Assembly (NCBI GenBank): GCA_038213805.1
Contig: JBBQSO010000047.1
Span: 1 to 39,591, forward strand
Reading direction: 5' to 3'
DNA length: 39,591 nt
Source of the DNA: Planctomycetota bacterium
GTDB taxonomy: Bacteria; Planctomycetota; UBA11346
Shown: one piece after another, positions 39,099 through 39,591 of the stretch
Numbering within the stretch: the stretch's first letter is position 1
Layout: every line of letters begins with the position of its first letter
Made by a program: the position numbers and the translations under genes
Notes under the pieces: generated by a model
What the model was told of the DNA's origin: nothing
Databases searched by the model: none
What the model saw: only the letters and a program-made list of their open reading frames with translations

Positions 39099-39591
39099 AT
39101 GCCGACCGTCAGCGCCAACCGCCGTTTCCTTGTCGAGGATGACGGCCGCCCCTTCTTCTGGCTCGCCGACACCGCCTGGGAGCTCTTCCACCGCCTCGAC
39201 CGCGAGGCGGCCGCCACCTACCTCGCCGACCGCGCCGCCAAGGGCTTCACCGTCCTCCAGGCCAACACGATCGCCGACTTCGCCGTCAACCCCTCCAGCG
39301 CCTACGGCGAGCGCCCGTTCTTCAACTACGACCCCACCCAGCCCAACGAGGAGTACTTCCAGCACCTCGACCACCTCGTCGACAAGGCCGGCCAGCTCGG
39401 CCTCTATGTCGCCCTCCCCGCGCTCTGGGGCCACCTGACCGGCTACTACACGACCGCGACCGCCAACACCTGGGGGCGGTTCCTCGGCGACCGCTACAAG
39501 GACCGCCCCAACGTCATCTGGATCGCCAGCGGCGAGTACGGCGAGCCGTCCATGGACGCCGCCAAGCGCGACATCTTCAACGCCCTGGGCG
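39099..39591 (+). CDS. DUF4038 / GH140-like glycoside hydrolase (runs off the right edge of the window)
   Basis: Manual translation: MPTVSANRRFLVEDDGRPFFWLADTAWELFHRL...RAAKGFTVLQA...PNEEYFQHLDHLVDKA...LGDRYKDRPNVIW. Confidence 0.85.
   Translation, partial: MPTVSANRRFLVEDDGRPFFWLADTAWELFHRLDREAAATYLADRAAKGFTVLQANTIADFAVNPSSAYGERPFFNYDPTQPNEEYFQHLDHLVDKAGQLGLYVALPALWGHLTGYYTTATANTWGRFLGDRYKDRPNVIWIASGEYGEPSMDAAKRDIFNALG

Noticed and set aside
38768..39217. 149-aa ORF ending in the PqqA sequence
   Set aside because: Only the last 24 codons match PqqA and have their own RBS; the extension overlaps the opposite-strand DUF4038 gene.

Overview
High-GC bacterial DNA whose gene content (ECF sigma/Ser-Thr kinase pair, ECF/FecR pair, DUF1592+DUF1552 pair, secreted CAZymes, Tat oxidoreductase) suggests a PVC-superphylum, probably Planctomycetota, host (inference). 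Left to right: the 5' part of a heavy-metal-type TolC operon with a His-rich lipoprotein; a membrane Ser/Thr kinase converging on an ECF sigma factor; a lone arsC; an SGNH esterase and GH9 glycosidase divergent from an ECF/FecR pair; a lower-GC block (GH29 fucosidase, truncated GH2, hypothetical protein, alpha/beta esterase) in which three unrelated enzymes share a 34-residue leader; a LacI-regulated nucleoside hydrolase/ribose (rbs-like) operon; a Gfo/Idh/MocA oxidoreductase; an ammonium transporter with Glu at the first twin-His position; an AraC regulator and FAD oxidoreductase; a DUF1592/DUF1552 pair; a complete pqqABCDE operon coupled to a fused ABC-2 ATPase-permease gene; and the start of a DUF4038 glycosidase. 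No rRNA, tRNA, CRISPR or transposase was seen. Family calls come from motif recognition by eye, not database searches.
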